From a virus (Duplodnaviria; Heunggongvirae; Uroviricota; Caudoviricetes), in IMG/VR virus record IMGVR_UViG_3300000976_000008, positions 175,223 through 239,222 of that record: a stretch of DNA of 64,000 nucleotides; one strand, written 5' to 3'. The notes beneath the pieces were generated by a model. The model had not been told where the DNA came from, did no database searches, and worked only from the letters and a program-made list of their open reading frames with translations. Below are positions 46,706 through 55,843 of the stretch, piece by piece. Position numbers and translations under genes: made by a program. The first letter of the stretch is position 1, and every line of letters begins with the position of its first letter.

Positions 46706-46910
46706 CAGTCATCACCCTGAAAGTGGCTTTTTGGGGTGGAGCATCAGCTGCTACGTATACGACGTCCTTGAAGAACAAGCGATTGCCTTCTATCCCGACT
46801 ATCTGATCTTCTCGGGTTTCAGGATTTTCGATACCAATCTCAGTTAGATTCCACAATATACGATCCATGAATGTACCGCTGACCCGATTTATCAATCTCA
46901 CGAATCTCAT
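46683..46910 (-). CDS. Family A small protein
   Basis: WNLT..GIENPET. Confidence 0.8.
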   Translation of the reverse strand: MRFVRLINRVSGTFMDRILWNLTEIGIENPETREDQIVGIEGNRLFFKDVVYVAADAPPQKATFRVMTVGVAKDD

Positions 46911-46940
46911 GGTTTGATGTTACGGAATGAGAATGCCAGG

Positions 46941-47288
46941 TTAATAAGGATCTACAGGAGTCTTCACAACCATCATGTTTCTTGGGATGTCCGTTTGATA
47001 CACGATAGGTTGCACGCCACTTTGAAGGATCTTGTATCTGAACTTGTTCCCATCAGAGTAAAGATGATCACCATCTATCAACACGAAGTTTGTGGTATTC
47101 TTGGGATCTTCTAACCCGTCATGCATTAGAAACCACAACAGAGAATTCTCAAGGTCCAACCCTTTTATTTGTCTATCAAGCATAGTCTTGACGATTGAAT
47201 AGGCTTCAGCCATATTAGATCTCTTATCGTGAGTGCTATCTTCTCTGGATGCTCTGGATCGGCGATATCGTAGAAAGTATATCTGCAA
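46941..47288 (-). CDS. Family A protein (start likely internal, MAEAY)
   Basis: GLEDPK. Confidence 0.7.
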   Translation of the reverse strand: MQIYFLRYRRSRASREDSTHDKRSNMAEAYSIVKTMLDRQIKGLDLENSLLWFLMHDGLEDPKNTTNFVLIDGDHLYSDGNKFRYKILQSGVQPIVYQTDIPRNMMVVKTPVDPY

Positions 47289-47515
47289 CCATCTATACTT
47301 ACAGCAAGTCTATCATCCTTGGGATCGATATACATTGTTAGAACATGTACGCCATCTCGGAAAAATGACCAGTTGTTGTACTTGGGTGATCTGCGGCATT
47401 TGACGTCTTGATCAAACTCTTTAGCGTAATTTACTATTCGAGATTCAACAGCCTCGTAAATCACATTATAAATCGCCGCATAAAAAGCGGGATTTTCACT
47501 TTCTTGCTTGTTCAC
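47165..47515 (-). CDS. Family B small protein
   Basis: YDIADPEHPEKI. Confidence 0.8.
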   Translation of the reverse strand: MNKQESENPAFYAAIYNVIYEAVESRIVNYAKEFDQDVKCRRSPKYNNWSFFRDGVHVLTMYIDPKDDRLAVSIDGCRYTFYDIADPEHPEKIALTIRDLIWLKPIQSSRLCLIDK

Positions 47516-47765
47516 TCGAAAATCCTTGTGGCTTGCAGTGATAAATCCAATCTTTGCTAGTAGTTTTATACCTACCCGTTATCCTATAAGAAATGCCTTT
47601 GTGAAACAGGATCATATCTGTGAGGTTGACCAGAATTAATCGATTCTCCGACGTACTGGGATCAGATATTAAATGTTGATCATTTTCATCAACAAAAACT
47701 GTCAAGTTGAGAGAAGCGTAAGTCACTGTATTGGCGACAATTGGAACGAATTTGCTAGATATCAT
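47496..47765 (-). CDS. Family A small protein
   Basis: ISDPST..LFHKGISYRI. Confidence 0.75.
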   Translation of the reverse strand: MISSKFVPIVANTVTYASLNLTVFVDENDQHLISDPSTSENRLILVNLTDMILFHKGISYRITGRYKTTSKDWIYHCKPQGFSSEQARK

Positions 47766-48039
47766 AATATGTGGATTCCAGCCATTCTGATTTTATTTCG
47801 GCAACCGGTTTTCCCTCTATTATCCTCAAATTGCCATGAACGTAACCAGTGCATCGATAAGCTCGATCACAATAATAAAAGACTTCTCCTTGAACTAGAA
47901 GTATCTTATTATAAGGGATTGCAGGATAATCGATACCTTCGGAAGTCACTGATAATGCCACTGATCCGTCAGTATGTTCGATCGCTTCTAGTATTATGAA
48001 TGCTTTTTCTACCACCAAGTATTTTTCGTAACAATGCAA
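47755..48039 (-). CDS. Family A small protein
   Basis: EGIDYP. Confidence 0.65.
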   Translation of the reverse strand: MHCYEKYLVVEKAFIILEAIEHTDGSVALSVTSEGIDYPAIPYNKILLVQGEVFYYCDRAYRCTGYVHGNLRIIEGKPVAEIKSEWLESTYYDI

Positions 48040-48527
48040 GCAGATCCGTCATCACTAGTATTTGTTCTCAACACTCTGTAGAGTCTATTATGATACTTGA
48101 GTGTATTCTGATCTTCGCCTTCAATCACTATTGCGGTATCTGGTCCAATTTTGGAATCTTCTATCGAAACTGTCCAATAAACTTCTTCTAGACCATTGGA
48201 TAATTGAGTGCTAGCAACGTTATAGACTCCTATTATTCTGTGATGGGGATCGCGTTGAGTCCAAATCGTCAGAACATCATGACCACGCACATTCATAACA
48301 GATGACTTAGTAATCCTCCAATCCCTATCTCCGTGAGATAGAGTATTAGTATTGATTATCACTAAATCAGAATCTTTAAGATCTGGACTTTCTAAACCTC
48401 GTTCATCTAGAGTCCAATATGTCGTTGTTGATTGTTTTCTTTTGTTTCGCAACTTGAAGACTTGATTCTTGCTTTGGTCAAGAAATCTACGTCCGAGCCA
48501 ATCATCCATCTCTGCATTCCTTGACAT
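48009..48527 (-). CDS. Tandem two-domain family A protein
   Basis: GLESPD and KIGPDT units. Confidence 0.8.
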   Translation of the reverse strand: MSRNAEMDDWLGRRFLDQSKNQVFKLRNKRKQSTTTYWTLDERGLESPDLKDSDLVIINTNTLSHGDRDWRITKSSVMNVRGHDVLTIWTQRDPHHRIIGVYNVASTQLSNGLEEVYWTVSIEDSKIGPDTAIVIEGEDQNTLKYHNRLYRVLRTNTSDDGSACIVTKNTWW

Positions 48528-48590
48528 CAGTGACTGTCCAGATTATGTAAGATTGAGCTTGCATCATGCACTTTGAGACTTGATAAAAGT

Positions 48591-48893
48591 TCATGTGTCT
48601 ATTGAAGCCCTTATTTCAGTATAACAACCGACGTCATTCTTTTGACTGCGTTCCTTGCGGAAGAACTTGATTTGAAATTTCAATCCACAATGGAGAACGA
48701 ATCGTTTATCGACAACAGCTATATCAGTCTCTTTCAAGTCAGGATCGTTCAATCCTTCCTCATTCAACAACCAAAAACGATAGCCATGTGCTTTATCGAT
48801 TGATACTTGAATCACCTTATAGACTTCCACGCTCAAATCGTTATGTCCATATTGCGAACAACGAAAGACATTGTTCCGTCGTCTTTTTCCCAA
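48591..48893 (-). CDS. Family A small protein
   Basis: GLNDPD. Confidence 0.7.
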   Translation of the reverse strand: MGKRRRNNVFRCSQYGHNDLSVEVYKVIQVSIDKAHGYRFWLLNEEGLNDPDLKETDIAVVDKRFVLHCGLKFQIKFFRKERSQKNDVGCYTEIRASIDT

Positions 48894-49075
48894 GTTAGAT
48901 CGGCGATGAAGAATTTCCCACTCGTATGGTTAAGTGTTCGATCTTCTTCAATCATCACAAGATCTTCTTCAGAGAGATCAGGATCTTCTAGACCATGAGG
49001 ACACACTGTCCATTGTGAATATGTGCCACTTGATGTCTTTGAAATCAAACGGTACAAACCAGCTTTACCGTACAT
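48833..49075 (-). CDS. Family A small protein
   Basis: GLEDPD..TLNH. Confidence 0.8.
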   Translation of the reverse strand: MYGKAGLYRLISKTSSGTYSQWTVCPHGLEDPDLSEEDLVMIEEDRTLNHTSGKFFIADLTWEKDDGTMSFVVRNMDITI

Positions 49076-49283
49076 CGGTTCCAGTCATTGCGACGTAACA
49101 ATTCTTGGAGACACGCAACTTACCGATAGAGGTTATGTCGTAAATGCCTCCGTTATGATGTAATTCTTTCTGGTCAATGATCACAAGATCAGAACAAGAA
49201 TCAGGATTTTCCAAATCTTCAGTAGTCACAAACCACGAACGAGTTTGACTACTCTCAGACATATGAACGAGTTTGAATATCAT
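49065..49283 (-). CDS. Family A small protein
   Basis: DLENPD..LHHNG..YDI. Confidence 0.8.
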   Translation of the reverse strand: MIFKLVHMSESSQTRSWFVTTEDLENPDSCSDLVIIDQKELHHNGGIYDITSIGKLRVSKNCYVAMTGTDVR

Positions 49284-49666
49284 GATGATAAAATTCTCAT
49301 GATTGCTGCTTGAGCTAGAAAAGTAATCGCGATAAGAACGACTATTCTCTTAGCGAAGTGGTCGAAAGTCGTCTCAGTGTCAACATAGGTGAGACCCATG
49401 CATTCTTTACCGTCTTCTTCATCGAAATGCTGGACATGAGATAAGACATTCCACTTTCTTTTGAACCATTTGAAATGCCGTGGTTCTCTATAGAGGTGAT
49501 CCTTGAACACCGTCACTATTTCGCAATTTGGCTTCGCCAGATCTTGTTCCAAATCGCTCAACACCCACTTCCACGAGTTACCAAGTTTTCTGATTTCCAA
49601 AAGTGAGAAATGGTGTGGTTCTGCACATTCTACGAGTTTCATCCTGTTGATAACTGACATAGTCAT
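49280..49666 (-). CDS. Family A-like protein with C-terminal TM
   Basis: WVL..DLAKP. Confidence 0.7.
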   Translation of the reverse strand: MTMSVINRMKLVECAEPHHFSLLEIRKLGNSWKWVLSDLEQDLAKPNCEIVTVFKDHLYREPRHFKWFKRKWNVLSHVQHFDEEDGKECMGLTYVDTETTFDHFAKRIVVLIAITFLAQAAIMRILSS

Positions 49667-49960
49667 TTATTGCGAGTCCTGAGTATGCGTAAATTCGTCA
49701 TCAATTAGGAATCCATTTACGACTTCGATAAACTGTTCAAGCGAATGTGGATTAGTAATATCGAAGATTTCAAGACATCTATTGACCAATAGTATTCCCT
49801 CATCTGGGATATATGTTAATACGACTCTAGAATTATCTATTCTCGTTTGAAAGACCTCCTTATTATTCCCATCAGTATACTGATGATTGATGGTTATAGA
49901 ATTGGGTGCGACCTCTGCGACGACCATTTCTAAAGTCGGATGGGTTGACGGGATACTCAC
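49667..49960 (-). CDS. Family B small protein
   Basis: FDITNPHSL. Confidence 0.75.
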   Translation of the reverse strand: MSIPSTHPTLEMVVAEVAPNSITINHQYTDGNNKEVFQTRIDNSRVVLTYIPDEGILLVNRCLEIFDITNPHSLEQFIEVVNGFLIDDEFTHTQDSQ

Positions 49961-50316
49961 GAAAGCCCCTCCTTTTGCTTTTCTTGATCTCTGGTCATAT
50001 CGAGAATAGTCTGGGCCGCATCGAGAGAGAAACCCTTCCGTGATATGTCAAAAGCATTCGTGGTAGGCCACACTGTAAAGCCCTGGGTGAGATCATTACT
50101 GTACATGCCTATATGGAGTTTTGATCCGTTGGTCGTCAAAACGAAACCGATCTGAGCATTCTCACCAGAAACATTAACTTGCACCTGGTACAAATCAAGG
50201 TTTGGGCCTCCACGTTCAGTAGAGATTATTGTCTCGAACTTAGTAGTACCAAAAAGTTGGTTGACATCTCTCATTACTAATCTGAGTGCCGCCTCCCTCA
50301 CAGATATTGTCATCAA
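49957..50316 (-). CDS. Family B-like protein
   Basis: EAALRL..FDISRKGF. Confidence 0.7.
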   Translation of the reverse strand: MMTISVREAALRLVMRDVNQLFGTTKFETIISTERGGPNLDLYQVQVNVSGENAQIGFVLTTNGSKLHIGMYSNDLTQGFTVWPTTNAFDISRKGFSLDAAQTILDMTRDQEKQKEGLS

Positions 50317-50627
50317 GACTCACCCATTATCCGGCCATAGACATAAGCAGCAATTATGTCTGGATAATTCTTATCGACGAGAGCATATTGCTTCTCTTCT
50401 ATTATCGAAGCTGAATCAAGGCTGAATCTTTGGAGCAACTGTTGAATCTTTATCGTCTCTCCATCAACGAAAATCCTAAAAGCGGTTGATAGTTTAGTCG
50501 TTAATCCTCCAATTCTATGAATAGTCCACATATTGTTCCTAGAATAAACACGGAAGTCCGTTTTGTGGAATGCTACATCAACCATGTCTTTAGCTATTTT
50601 AATAGCCGCTTCTTCGAGATCATCCAT
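50313..50627 (-). CDS. Family B-like protein
   Basis: YALVDKNYPDII. Confidence 0.7.
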   Translation of the reverse strand: MDDLEEAAIKIAKDMVDVAFHKTDFRVYSRNNMWTIHRIGGLTTKLSTAFRIFVDGETIKIQQLLQRFSLDSASIIEEKQYALVDKNYPDIIAAYVYGRIMGES

Positions 50628-50628
50628 T

Positions 50629-50946
50629 CTACCATTTTTCGATATAGGATGAAAGAGTCAAGATTACAATTGCCATCACCACAACCACACAACCTATTAT
50701 GAAAGTATGCTTATACTTGCCCCAAAAAGTGGGTGCAGTTTCGATCATTTTGATTTCGCCATTGCCAAAGATCATATCTTTATCGATTTTGATCTTCTCA
50801 TCTCTGTAGATGAGATAAGTGAAATCTTCGGCAACAAATACTAAATCATCGGGACCTAGATTTGGATCATCAAGATCATTGGTTGTCAACATCCATGATC
50901 GTGCATTCACGAGATCGTATATCTTATCAACTCTGTATATGGGCAT
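50629..50946 (-). CDS. Family A protein with C-terminal TM
   Basis: DLDDPN. Confidence 0.8.
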   Translation of the reverse strand: MPIYRVDKIYDLVNARSWMLTTNDLDDPNLGPDDLVFVAEDFTYLIYRDEKIKIDKDMIFGNGEIKMIETAPTFWGKYKHTFIIGCVVVVMAIVILTLSSYIEKW

Positions 50947-51487
50947 ATGGCTGGTTCTGAGTCTTGAATATGCAACCTAAAGATGTTGACTTTGTCTGTA
51001 TCAAATACCTATCTGTTTCGTGGATAAGATGAAATCCCTTCTCTACCACAATTATTGGTAACTCACTATGGGGATTATCTAACTCGGCTGTCGTCACATT
51101 CCACATGAAAGATGTAGGTGTAATTCGCCGATGGACGAGAGAAAAATATTCTTGATGGGATCTTGAAGAATAAGGATGTAGACTCGTAACGACTCGCAAT
51201 AAGCCAATACGCCTATTAGTTTCAATTATTCGGTACACTTGGCAACAATTAGTCAAATCCTTGCCACATATGGAAACTACGTCGTATTCACCAGCTTCAC
51301 TCGGGATCTCTTTAAGGGACCATGTGACGATGGGTTCACTACCGTCATGTCCCACCTTCCTAGATTTAATCTGAAAGTTTCTGATCACGAACTCGTCCCA
51401 TACATGTGAAACAAAGGCGAACAGAGCAACGGTTTCCATCAAGTTGAAAGATTGGATCACATGGATCTTCGCAGAAATTACAATCAC
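50927..51487 (-). CDS. Tandem family A protein (start likely internal)
   Basis: Two W...P...Y.I units. Confidence 0.65.
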   Translation of the reverse strand: MIVISAKIHVIQSFNLMETVALFAFVSHVWDEFVIRNFQIKSRKVGHDGSEPIVTWSLKEIPSEAGEYDVVSICGKDLTNCCQVYRIIETNRRIGLLRVVTSLHPYSSRSHQEYFSLVHRRITPTSFMWNVTTAELDNPHSELPIIVVEKGFHLIHETDRYLIQTKSTSLGCIFKTQNQPYAHIQS

Positions 51488-51581
51488 CGATAGTGTCGAT
51501 TCTACCTTTGGTGATCTGAAATTTCAATCTCCTAGCTGGCGGGAGATCATTCCCTCTGCTACCCATAGCATCTCGCATCAT
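51366..51581 (-). CDS. Small zinc-finger protein
   Basis: CNFC...CFTC. Confidence 0.65.
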   Translation of the reverse strand: MMRDAMGSRGNDLPPARRLKFQITKGRIDTIGDCNFCEDPCDPIFQLDGNRCSVRLCFTCMGRVRDQKLSD

Positions 51582-51904
51582 AATTCCGCCAACGCCTTTC
51601 GAATAACAGCAATTACTTGATCTCGATTGGTGAAATCAATAGGCCAGCCAACTTTCCCATTCGGCCTTTTAGTGAATTCTTCTGTCTCAGGGTTGAAGAA
51701 GGCATGCCGTGATCCTCTTCTACCCTTCGTCGTCGAGTTTATCGTTTGGATATCGCAACGCACCTTTATGTAAGGTTTCGTGTTAGGAGTTGCCAAATCA
51801 CCAACTAAGAATACCTCAATATTCTTAGCTATCACGAATCCATTCTCACCTTTAAGGAAGTCGTCCCGCAATATGCTAATTTCTTCGAGTTGTGGCTTAG
51901 GCAT
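51578..51904 (-). CDS. Hypothetical protein
   Basis: ORF. Confidence 0.75.
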   Translation of the reverse strand: MPKPQLEEISILRDDFLKGENGFVIAKNIEVFLVGDLATPNTKPYIKVRCDIQTINSTTKGRRGSRHAFFNPETEEFTKRPNGKVGWPIDFTNRDQVIAVIRKALAEL

Positions 51905-52454
51905 GATCTCTTTCTAAAGATTCGTGGCAATAACGATTGAACTCGAATTGCTGCCTTTTCGAAACCACGAAATTGATCCTGCGAAATTGCTTCAGGATCT
52001 TCGGTAGAAATTCTGGGTCGGCTATCTCAATAGCGACATCTCCGGATAAGTTAGTTTCAGTCGTTATCTCCGTAGAGACTCGAACATCATCCACTAACAT
52101 CCATTTTATCCTGACATTGGCTACAGCATTATTAGGCCATTGTATTGTATCGGCATCGATAGCATGAGTTTCTATGCCATTATCGAGCAAGAATTGTTGA
52201 AGACCTTGCATGGCTGGATTCAAATGATGCGAAACCTCTTGCTTAGTCCCTGGTATAATCAGTCTACGACGACCAACCTGAATCCATTGTGCGATGAACA
52301 TTGGAACAATATAGTCCGCATACTGTTCGACACATTCTTTAAAGGCTCCCTGGGGGTTATCTGATTCGTATACAGGATACCAATGACGCTCATATTCGAT
52401 AGGATTATCAGTTTCTATGCCGTAACCCCAACCCATCTTACTCATTGGTATCAC
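51897..52454 (-). CDS. Protein with C-terminal family B domain
   Basis: IEIADPEFLPKI. Confidence 0.75.
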   Translation of the reverse strand: MIPMSKMGWGYGIETDNPIEYERHWYPVYESDNPQGAFKECVEQYADYIVPMFIAQWIQVGRRRLIIPGTKQEVSHHLNPAMQGLQQFLLDNGIETHAIDADTIQWPNNAVANVRIKWMLVDDVRVSTEITTETNLSGDVAIEIADPEFLPKILKQFRRINFVVSKRQQFEFNRYCHESLERDHA

Positions 52455-52765
52455 CCCTGCTGGAGTATTCTGTGGTACTTATCTGGTTTGCGGCGGGTTC
52501 GAACAATTGTAGAACCCTCACCGTCATCGCTAACACGCAAGACAGTATACTCGGAGTTTTTGTGGATCAGAGTCCCATGTTCAGGAGAAAGAATAACCAA
52601 ATCATCCTTGATCTCACGATTAGGATCAGTCATCCCATTGACAGTAACTCTCCATTCGATAACGTTCTGTCCTAAAATCAAGCTAGTTTTCTCTTCGGCT
52701 AGCAAGTAATACTCAAGAATTATTTGAACGCTGCTTCGTGGAACTTTAGTGTCGTTTTCCGCCAT
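52451..52765 (-). CDS. Family A small protein
   Basis: GMTDPN..LIHKNSEY. Confidence 0.8.
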   Translation of the reverse strand: MAENDTKVPRSSVQIILEYYLLAEEKTSLILGQNVIEWRVTVNGMTDPNREIKDDLVILSPEHGTLIHKNSEYTVLRVSDDGEGSTIVRTRRKPDKYHRILQQG

Positions 52766-53025
52766 CCTTCCAATGTGTCCTTATCTTCCGCTTCGTCGAA
52801 TTTGCCAGCATCTATCTCCGCTTGCAGTTCCTTGCCGATCTCCATGAACCTATCGACGTCTCGATCTTCCACCATCTCCATTAAAAGCCACTGACCTGAT
52901 ATCCGACGAAAGCGGCCTGAATCGAAGATCACATGCTCTAGAACGGACTCACTGTCTGACTGACACAACGGCAATCGGCCAACGCAGTGTTTCACATCGT
53001 CTGCTGACTCACGGTCAACAATCAC
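52720..53025 (-). CDS. Hypothetical protein
   Basis: ORF. Confidence 0.65.
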   Translation of the reverse strand: MIVDRESADDVKHCVGRLPLCQSDSESVLEHVIFDSGRFRRISGQWLLMEMVEDRDVDRFMEIGKELQAEIDAGKFDEAEDKDTLEGWRKTTLKFHEAAFK

Positions 53026-53056
53026 AGCTTGAGTTGCTCAGAATATCACGAAACGT

Positions 53057-53416
53057 TTAGTTTTCATCACTTCCCCAAATGAGTATGTTACAAAACTTTC
53101 GTTTTGTTACAACAAAGATTGAATCGTCTGGCAAATGGGGAAGCCAACTCGCTTTTTTGATCTCTAACCCTGAAGTTGGGCTGCCAATTATCTCGTATTC
53201 TTCTTCGCTCTCACAATGGACCAGAGTCTTGTAATGTCGCGAGACCATCACAATTTCTGATTTTGCAGCATCAGACTCGATATCAGTTGTCAGATACCAA
53301 TTGGTGAGGTCTGCACCAACATTCTTCTGATTAATCCGATAGCATTTGAATTTTGCTGGATCTACGAACATGATTGAGAAAATTACTCGAAGAACGGAGA
53401 ATCTTCGACGATGCAA
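53057..53416 (-). CDS. Family A small protein
   Basis: WYLT..TLVH..YEI. Confidence 0.7.
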   Translation of the reverse strand: MHRRRFSVLRVIFSIMFVDPAKFKCYRINQKNVGADLTNWYLTTDIESDAAKSEIVMVSRHYKTLVHCESEEEYEIIGSPTSGLEIKKASWLPHLPDDSIFVVTKRKFCNILIWGSDEN

Positions 53417-53637
53417 TCAACTTGAAATTCGACTTCGTCGTAGATGTAAGTGATGTTGTCGGCTAAGTTCCCATAGACTTCGACTTGAGCCACACCCTCT
53501 GTATGGTTCATTTCTGTAACAATACAATCGCCGACTTGGGGACCACTCCTAGCAACAGCTTCTCGAATGTTGTCGACAGCATCTTCTTCGCTTGTGGCGT
53601 TCTTGAAATCGACTTGGTAGATTGTGGGATTATTCAT
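53383..53637 (-). CDS. Hypothetical protein (acidic)
   Basis: Follows motif at 53681. Confidence 0.75.
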   Translation of the reverse strand: MNNPTIYQVDFKNATSEEDAVDNIREAVARSGPQVGDCIVTEMNHTEGVAQVEVYGNLADNITYIYDEVEFQVDCIVEDSPFFE

Positions 53638-53680
53638 TGTTCTCTCAGTTCTCTCAGTGGGGGTTAGGATTATACCTATA

Positions 53681-53707
53681 TGTTGCGGGCAAAGATTCCC
53701 TAGTTAA
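53681..53707 (-). promoter_or_regulatory. Core motif copy
   Basis: TGTTGCGG-N14-GTTAA. Confidence 0.7.
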
Positions 53708-53710
53708 TAC

Positions 53711-53746
53711 GTTTGAAGGGGTCTAGTAGTTCTAGCCCCTTCAAAC
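53711..53746 (-). terminator. Hairpin downstream of DUF932-like gene
   Basis: GTTTGAAGGGG / CCCCTTCAAAC. Confidence 0.6.
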
Positions 53747-53767
53747 TCCACGTTTGGAGAACGTGTG

Positions 53768-55048
53768 TTACTTCTCCATGTCGGTGTGGAAGTCAGCGAA
53801 CTCACCGAATCGTTCCTTCGTGCCTTCCATGTCGAATTCACCACTGATCAGAGTTCCGACCATGCCGTTCAGTTTTCTGGCACCAGCAGTTGTAGCGTAG
53901 TGAGTGGCCACCTCGGTTGCGAAGTTGATCATATCGTAGACGGTGCACTTGACGGGTAGTGCTCTCTGACGCTTTGCAGAGAGAGCATCGATGTTTGCCA
54001 GACCATATGTGTGATTGACGTCTCCAGTCATCCGGTGGAAGGCAGAGACGATCGGGCTTCCGATTCCATCAGATTCTTCTTCCATTTCGGTGTGTGAAGC
54101 TGTTTGATCAAGTCCCGACAGTCGCTTCAAGTCGACACCGCGAGCCAAGCGAGAATCTGCCTTGCGGAGGCCGTTGCTGTTGTGCAGTTTGATTAGAAGC
54201 TTGTATAGAATCTGTGATTCGTGGACACTTGCCCAACTTGTCGAAGCTGATGCCATTCGCTGCCGAAGTGCTGTGAATCCCTCGTCGTTGTTGAACCCGT
54301 CCAGTGCACGAGTGATTGTCGGCATCACATCGTCTGATGCCTTTCCGAGATTCAACGAACTTCGGAAGACTTTGGCGTAACCCACAAGACCGTTCTGGCA
54401 AATGTGACGCAAGAGTGACAGGTAGAAACTTGGTGCACCATAGCCGTCAATCGGAGTCGTCATCAAGAATCGATTCGAGAACATGTCTCCAGCGACCTTG
54501 AAATCTGCACCACCGATTCGCGGTGAGTGAGTCGAGTAGACCTCACCATTATTATAGGCGATATCCTGCCCATTGTACTTTTCAAGTGCACCGACTAGGT
54601 CTTCGTGCTGGACGATCGGCTTCGTTGGATTGCTGACAGCCATCAGAGTGCTGGTGACCTTACCGTTTTCGTCCGTGTGACGTTCAACGCACAATCGCAT
54701 TTGATCTGCTGACTCTCGCTGAGCAATTCGCTGGAAGACCTCGGCGTGGTCGAAATACTTGAAGAATGCCTTGTTGAACCCGTAGCGAGCGTAAAGGCTT
54801 GTCCAGAACCGCTGTGAAGGCTTGATTGGCTCGTCTTTGACGAGCATAGCATCCACGATTGGCTTCCCATTCTGGGTGTTCGTGCCCATCTTCACTTCGA
54901 GATCGCCGATTGGTGCGAACTGGTACTCGAATCGAGTGGTTCCCGGCTTACCTGCTGGCACCACAATTGTCTGTTGAGATGTTGGAATCATTGTCATTGG
55001 GGGTGTTGCTGCTGGGGCTGCTGGGGCTGCTGGGGATACTGTAGTCAT
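53768..55048 (-). CDS. DUF932-like protein
   Basis: 426 aa; LLRHICQNGLVG (R..C.NG) and YDMINFATEVATH. Confidence 0.6.
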   Translation of the reverse strand: MTTVSPAAPAAPAATPPMTMIPTSQQTIVVPAGKPGTTRFEYQFAPIGDLEVKMGTNTQNGKPIVDAMLVKDEPIKPSQRFWTSLYARYGFNKAFFKYFDHAEVFQRIAQRESADQMRLCVERHTDENGKVTSTLMAVSNPTKPIVQHEDLVGALEKYNGQDIAYNNGEVYSTHSPRIGGADFKVAGDMFSNRFLMTTPIDGYGAPSFYLSLLRHICQNGLVGYAKVFRSSLNLGKASDDVMPTITRALDGFNNDEGFTALRQRMASASTSWASVHESQILYKLLIKLHNSNGLRKADSRLARGVDLKRLSGLDQTASHTEMEEESDGIGSPIVSAFHRMTGDVNHTYGLANIDALSAKRQRALPVKCTVYDMINFATEVATHYATTAGARKLNGMVGTLISGEFDMEGTKERFGEFADFHTDMEK

Positions 55049-55098
55049 GTCGTCTCCAAGATTGTTGTTTCGGAGGACCAAATTCCCCCATATTATCC

Positions 55099-55124
55099 TG
55101 TTGCGAGAAAATATAGTATGTTAA
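55099..55124 (-). promoter_or_regulatory. Core motif copy
   Basis: TGTTGCGA-N13-GTTAA. Confidence 0.75.
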
Positions 55125-55174
55125 TACTGGGGATTATCCTGAAAGATACGATTCCATGTTTTTGAGCAGTCGAA

Positions 55175-55786
55175 ATGATCCTATTCGTTGAGTATTACGA
55201 CTCTGGTGATGATCAGAGACAAGAAGAAATCTTAAAATGCCTCAAGATCAATATAGAAAATCCTGCTTTCTCCAAGGTGGTTGTGTTCTCAGAACAAAAA
55301 GAAGGCATCGATTCCTTAGACGTCGAAATCGTTTTTTCTAAGAGATTAAAATTCTCCGATGTTCTTAGAAAGGGGTCCGAATCATCAGAGACGCTTGTTC
55401 TGGCTAATTCTGATATCGCGTTTGATGATTCCGCGAGTCTGCTTGATGAAGTTCCAAATAATGTTGCCTATTGTGTGAGCAGAATTGATATTCTCGCGGA
55501 CGGTGGATCTCAACCATTCTTCAGACCAGACAGTCAAGATGTTTGGGCTTTCAAACTGAATGGTGAGACTGACTTCGAAGCAGTTGACTTCTATCTAGGT
55601 GTACCAGGTTGTGATAATTCCTTCGCTTTTCACTTGAGCGAGAGTTTCGGATTTGAGTTGGCGAATCCTTGTCTTTCAATAAACTGCTTTCACCACCATT
55701 TGAGCAACTTTAGATCTTACGATATTGACAACGTTGACAGAGTGCCACCACCTTATCTGCACGTTTATCCAAGTAAAGTGATATAA
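55175..55786 (+). CDS. Putative glycosyltransferase-like protein
   Basis: LANSDI, SQDVW and GVPGCDN motifs. Confidence 0.55.
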   Translation: MILFVEYYDSGDDQRQEEILKCLKINIENPAFSKVVVFSEQKEGIDSLDVEIVFSKRLKFSDVLRKGSESSETLVLANSDIAFDDSASLLDEVPNNVAYCVSRIDILADGGSQPFFRPDSQDVWAFKLNGETDFEAVDFYLGVPGCDNSFAFHLSESFGFELANPCLSINCFHHHLSNFRSYDIDNVDRVPPPYLHVYPSKVI

Positions 55787-55791
55787 AAGAA

Positions 55792-55826
55792 AGGGTGGCC
55801 ACCGTTTCGACAGTAATGGCCACCCT
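55792..55826. terminator. Hairpin between convergent genes
   Basis: AGGGTGGCCA / TGGCCACCCT. Confidence 0.65.
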
Positions 55827-55843
55827 CTCGGCACAGAGATCTC

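Noticed and set aside
22734-53416. Diversity-generating retroelement behind the paralog families
   Set aside because: No reverse transcriptase and no near-identical TR/VR pair with adenine-specific differences was seen.
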